DNA from: Nageia nagi
Lineage: Eukaryota > Plantae > Pinophyta
DNA: 64,000 bases
Direction of reading: 5' to 3'
NCBI GenBank assembly: GCA_050084985.1
Contig: JBITNC010000002.1
Span: forward strand, 10,602,001-10,666,000
The notes under the pieces are model-generated. The model was not told the origin of the DNA. It did no database searches and saw nothing but the letters and a program-made list of their open reading frames with translations. Positions 60,966 to 64,000 of this stretch are shown here, in pieces. The position numbers were made by a program, and so were the translations under genes. The first letter of the stretch is position 1, and each line of letters begins with the position of its first letter.

Positions 60966-63900
60966 TAGTTTGGATGATTGGAAATCCATTTTTGGCAATA
61001 TTTTTACTCTTTGTTTAGGATTGGTCACTTGGAGTTCAAAGAAGCAAGAATTAGTTGTTCTTTCTTCTACAGAAGTTGAGTACATTGTAGCAACTTTGGC
61101 TTGTGCACAATTCTTGTGGCTCAAGAAGATATTGGAAGAATTTTATGAAGCAATGTTATCCTAATATCATTTTTTGTGACAACAGGAGTGCAATTCAATT
61201 GGCAAAGAACATTGTTCATCATGGCAAGTCAAAACATTTTTTATTTGAAATATCACTTTATTAAGCGCATGGTTCATAAACAAGAAATTGAGTTGAAGTA
61301 TTGCAGTACTCACGATCAACTTGGTGATGTGTGTTACAAAAGCATAGTTCTTAAAACTTGGAGACAATCTTGTGAGTCCTCCCAACATCCCAGGGGAGAA
61401 TGGTTTAATGGTGATGTTGATGAAGGAAGAAGACAAATTTCAAGTCCCCTCTTACATTTATTCTATATTGCACAGGTGTCAACCTCATTCCTCACTTTTG
61501 AATTGTGGTTATTTTTGTTATGAATTAGATGACAAAAGGGTTAAGTCAAAAAAATGAATTAATTATGAGCAATTTACAATTGTTTGATGGCCTATGTGTC
61601 ATTTGTTCTAATAGGTGGATGACAATTAGGTAGGAAATGTAATTGAAGGGAAGACCAAGAGTCATTCCTAGACTCTATAATAGAATACTATTAGCTAATA
61701 GTAGTGAATTTTGCTAGTTTTATGCGTGGAGCTTGTTTCTGTTTTTGTTGTGTAATAGTTAATAGAAGGCTGCCATTGATGCTCTATGTTGTGTTAAAAA
61801 CTCTTATGCTTATGTATTGAATTCTTTTAGATTTGCTATTTTGTGTAGGTGTAAATGAGTGATACTGTTTTTAGAAGACAAATATCTACACTCATGCAGC
61901 CAAACTCCCTTAAGAAGCTTTTAAACGGATGTTATCAAATAGAAATAACAGCACTAGAACTGTGTTTCCCTTTGGAGGAGGTCAAGGAAACATGATGTTT
62001 CTTGGAGGTGAAACCTCTTATTTTTTTACTATTAGAACATATTGAGGACCAAAACAAATACAGAATGGGTATGTGCAAATTGGAAATTAGCTAGCCTCGA
62101 AGACATAAAGATGATGACAAGAGGATACTTCATGGCACTTCCATCCTCAAAATCATGAAAGAACACCCTATTTCAAGGGCTAGGTTCTACTAATTCCCAT
62201 GTCTAGGTCATCCAAACCGCTAATGTTAAGACCAAAGATAAAGACTTTCATCATTATAAAATGTTTGTCAACATGTTCAATCTGTCTATCTCTGGAAGTC
62301 TTTTGGTTACTAATGACTTCTGAAAAAGAATTGCATTCATTAAAGGTGAGTCAACTATGGTATCATTCAATTTACTTGAATGTCATGGTCGTAAGTCTAG
62401 TTACAAACTTTTTGAAGTCCATTAAGATACTATATATTGGAATTTTAAACATGCTTTCATTGATCCAACTGCTTCACATATGGTTGCATTCAAAATGGAG
62501 TTTCAAGCATTCAAATCTGCACAGGTAAACAAATGTTGTTCGTCCTTCCATTGTTTTCCCTTCAACTATGTTTTTTAATCTCAATTTTTAAATTGTCTTT
62601 AAAGGCCAACATCCAAAACCCAAACCTTGTCTTCAAAACCTCAGCTCCATAGCCTGCAAAATATCTTTTGAAGACCTTGCTCAAAATTCAAAACAACATA
62701 AAAGCATTTAAAGCAGTCTTAAATCTTACGTTGTATGCAATGGCATTCACAAAACATTGAGAAGGCATTCAACATAGCTATATGGCATAAAGGATTTAAA
62801 AATATTTATTTGGCTTCAAATTGTATGCAATAATGGTATCTATTCAATCTTGACGCCTGTCCAAACTGCCCGTGGTGTCCCACCCAGCCAACTGACTGCA
62901 ATAAATTTGTTTCAACCAACTTGACTACACAGAATTTCGACCAATATCAACCACTGCCCACATAGAGAATAGATCTGTAGGAATCCACCATGGAAGTTTG
63001 TCCATGAAGCATCTAACATTGTATGCTGAGATCTAGAATCTATCTGAAATATTCAAAACAATTTGGATACCACAATATTATTTCAAATATTAAACTTTGG
63101 AGGCATAGCAAAACTTTTCAAAACCATTTTTGCACCAATCAAAGCCAATTTTTTAATTTGAAAGCAAAATTTCAGAATTGAAATGAAAATAATTTCTCAT
63201 TGAACGCAAAGTGCAAACTACAGCATTTTCTTTATGAAGGGGAATTTCTAACTATTGAGGCATTTTACTTCCTTAAATTTGCAAAATGAAGATATTAAAA
63301 TTTTTGCAGTTTTAAGAACAAATGCAAGTCACAATTCAGGTTTTAGTGCACATGCTCTTTCTCTTGTTGTTCTTGGTGAAGTTCTAAAACATAGGAGTGT
63401 TTGATAATAGTAGTGCCTTTGGTTCTCACTTATGGGTAAAGTAGTTGTGTAGAATTATTACATCCAACACCTAATAAAGCTGCAACAACAAAATCTGTGA
63501 CATCATCCTTATAAATCACCAAGGAGAGATAAGGAAAACAAAACGTTTTCACCTCCCTACCCCATCTGCCCATTCGTTGCTATCACTTTACATAAATATT
63601 GATATCAAGGAATTCCAAATATATAGGATTTTGCACCCATGTATGAGGTGTCCTTGGTAAGCAAGTGTTAAGATAGGGCAAATCTTTTTCACTTATGACC
63701 ACATATATCAAGAGGACTAGCTTCTTCCACGTACTGACAAGTATATAGGAAGGGCAAGTATATTGAAAGGTACTATGTATAGGATTGGTGGTATATCATA
63801 AGTGGAACCTTTTAGAGCAATAAGGAACCATCCATCTCCTTTGGTAACACAAACCAATAAGTATGCATTTAGTGGTATCCATTGTCGGTGTGATTCTTGT

Positions 63901-64000
63901 CTGCAAAGAGACTTTGTCAAAATAGTTAAGGAAAGTTTAGCACACATTGGCTTTCAATGATTAAGTGGAAAGGAATTTGCAATGGAGACGCCCAACCATA

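Larger units (their letters stand above)
55870..61830 (+). mobile_element. 5'-truncated degenerate Ty1/Copia (IN-RT-RH-3' LTR) with nested insertions
   Basis: YKIKSLRTD, PQQN.VVER, KWVYKTK...KARLVAKGFTQ..GIDY, KQAPRAWY, EMKDLG.MHYFLGMEV, WSSKKQ..V.LSSTE.EY; PPT caggggagaa at ~61391; outer limits approximate. Confidence 0.9.

Noticed and set aside
55428-64000. Terminal RECG exon within the window, or read-through to the stop at 55490
   Set aside because: No AG-flanked segment resembling the expected C-terminus was found; the read-through tail after a good GTTAGT donor looks intronic.

Overview
Eukaryotic, AT-rich, transposon-dense DNA. Giant introns and the repeat families suggest a large-genome land plant, probably a gymnosperm (inference). 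The whole window lies inside one + strand gene encoding the nuclear-encoded organellar RecG-type DNA helicase (plant RECG1). Ten internal GT-AG exons (472-644, 22589-22670, 31567-31656, 45145-45378, 49996-50067, 50316-50465, 50587-50730, 53873-54037, 54387-54470, 54855-55427) splice in frame into 589 stop-free codons carrying helicase motifs I-VI and the TRG motif. The 5' exons and the last exon appear to lie outside the window. Introns reach 21.9 kb and are filled with nested LTR retroelements (three Ty1/Copia elements, several TSD-flanked solo LTRs), LINE ORF1 remnants, hAT remnants and MITEs, and a probable Helitron end. Most unusual: two related, oppositely oriented giant TG...CA units with 5-bp target-site duplications, 2493-6782 (4.3 kb) and 12782-20156 (7.4 kb). 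Both look like solo LTRs with nucleosome-length internal repeat arrays. The larger one also carries a ~1,080-codon degenerate gene with its own TATA-like box upstream of the LTR promoter, i.e. a candidate protein-coding LTR. Also notable are a gag-only (TR-GAG-like) Copia element and a decayed duplicate of a RECG exon whose splice acceptor is destroyed.
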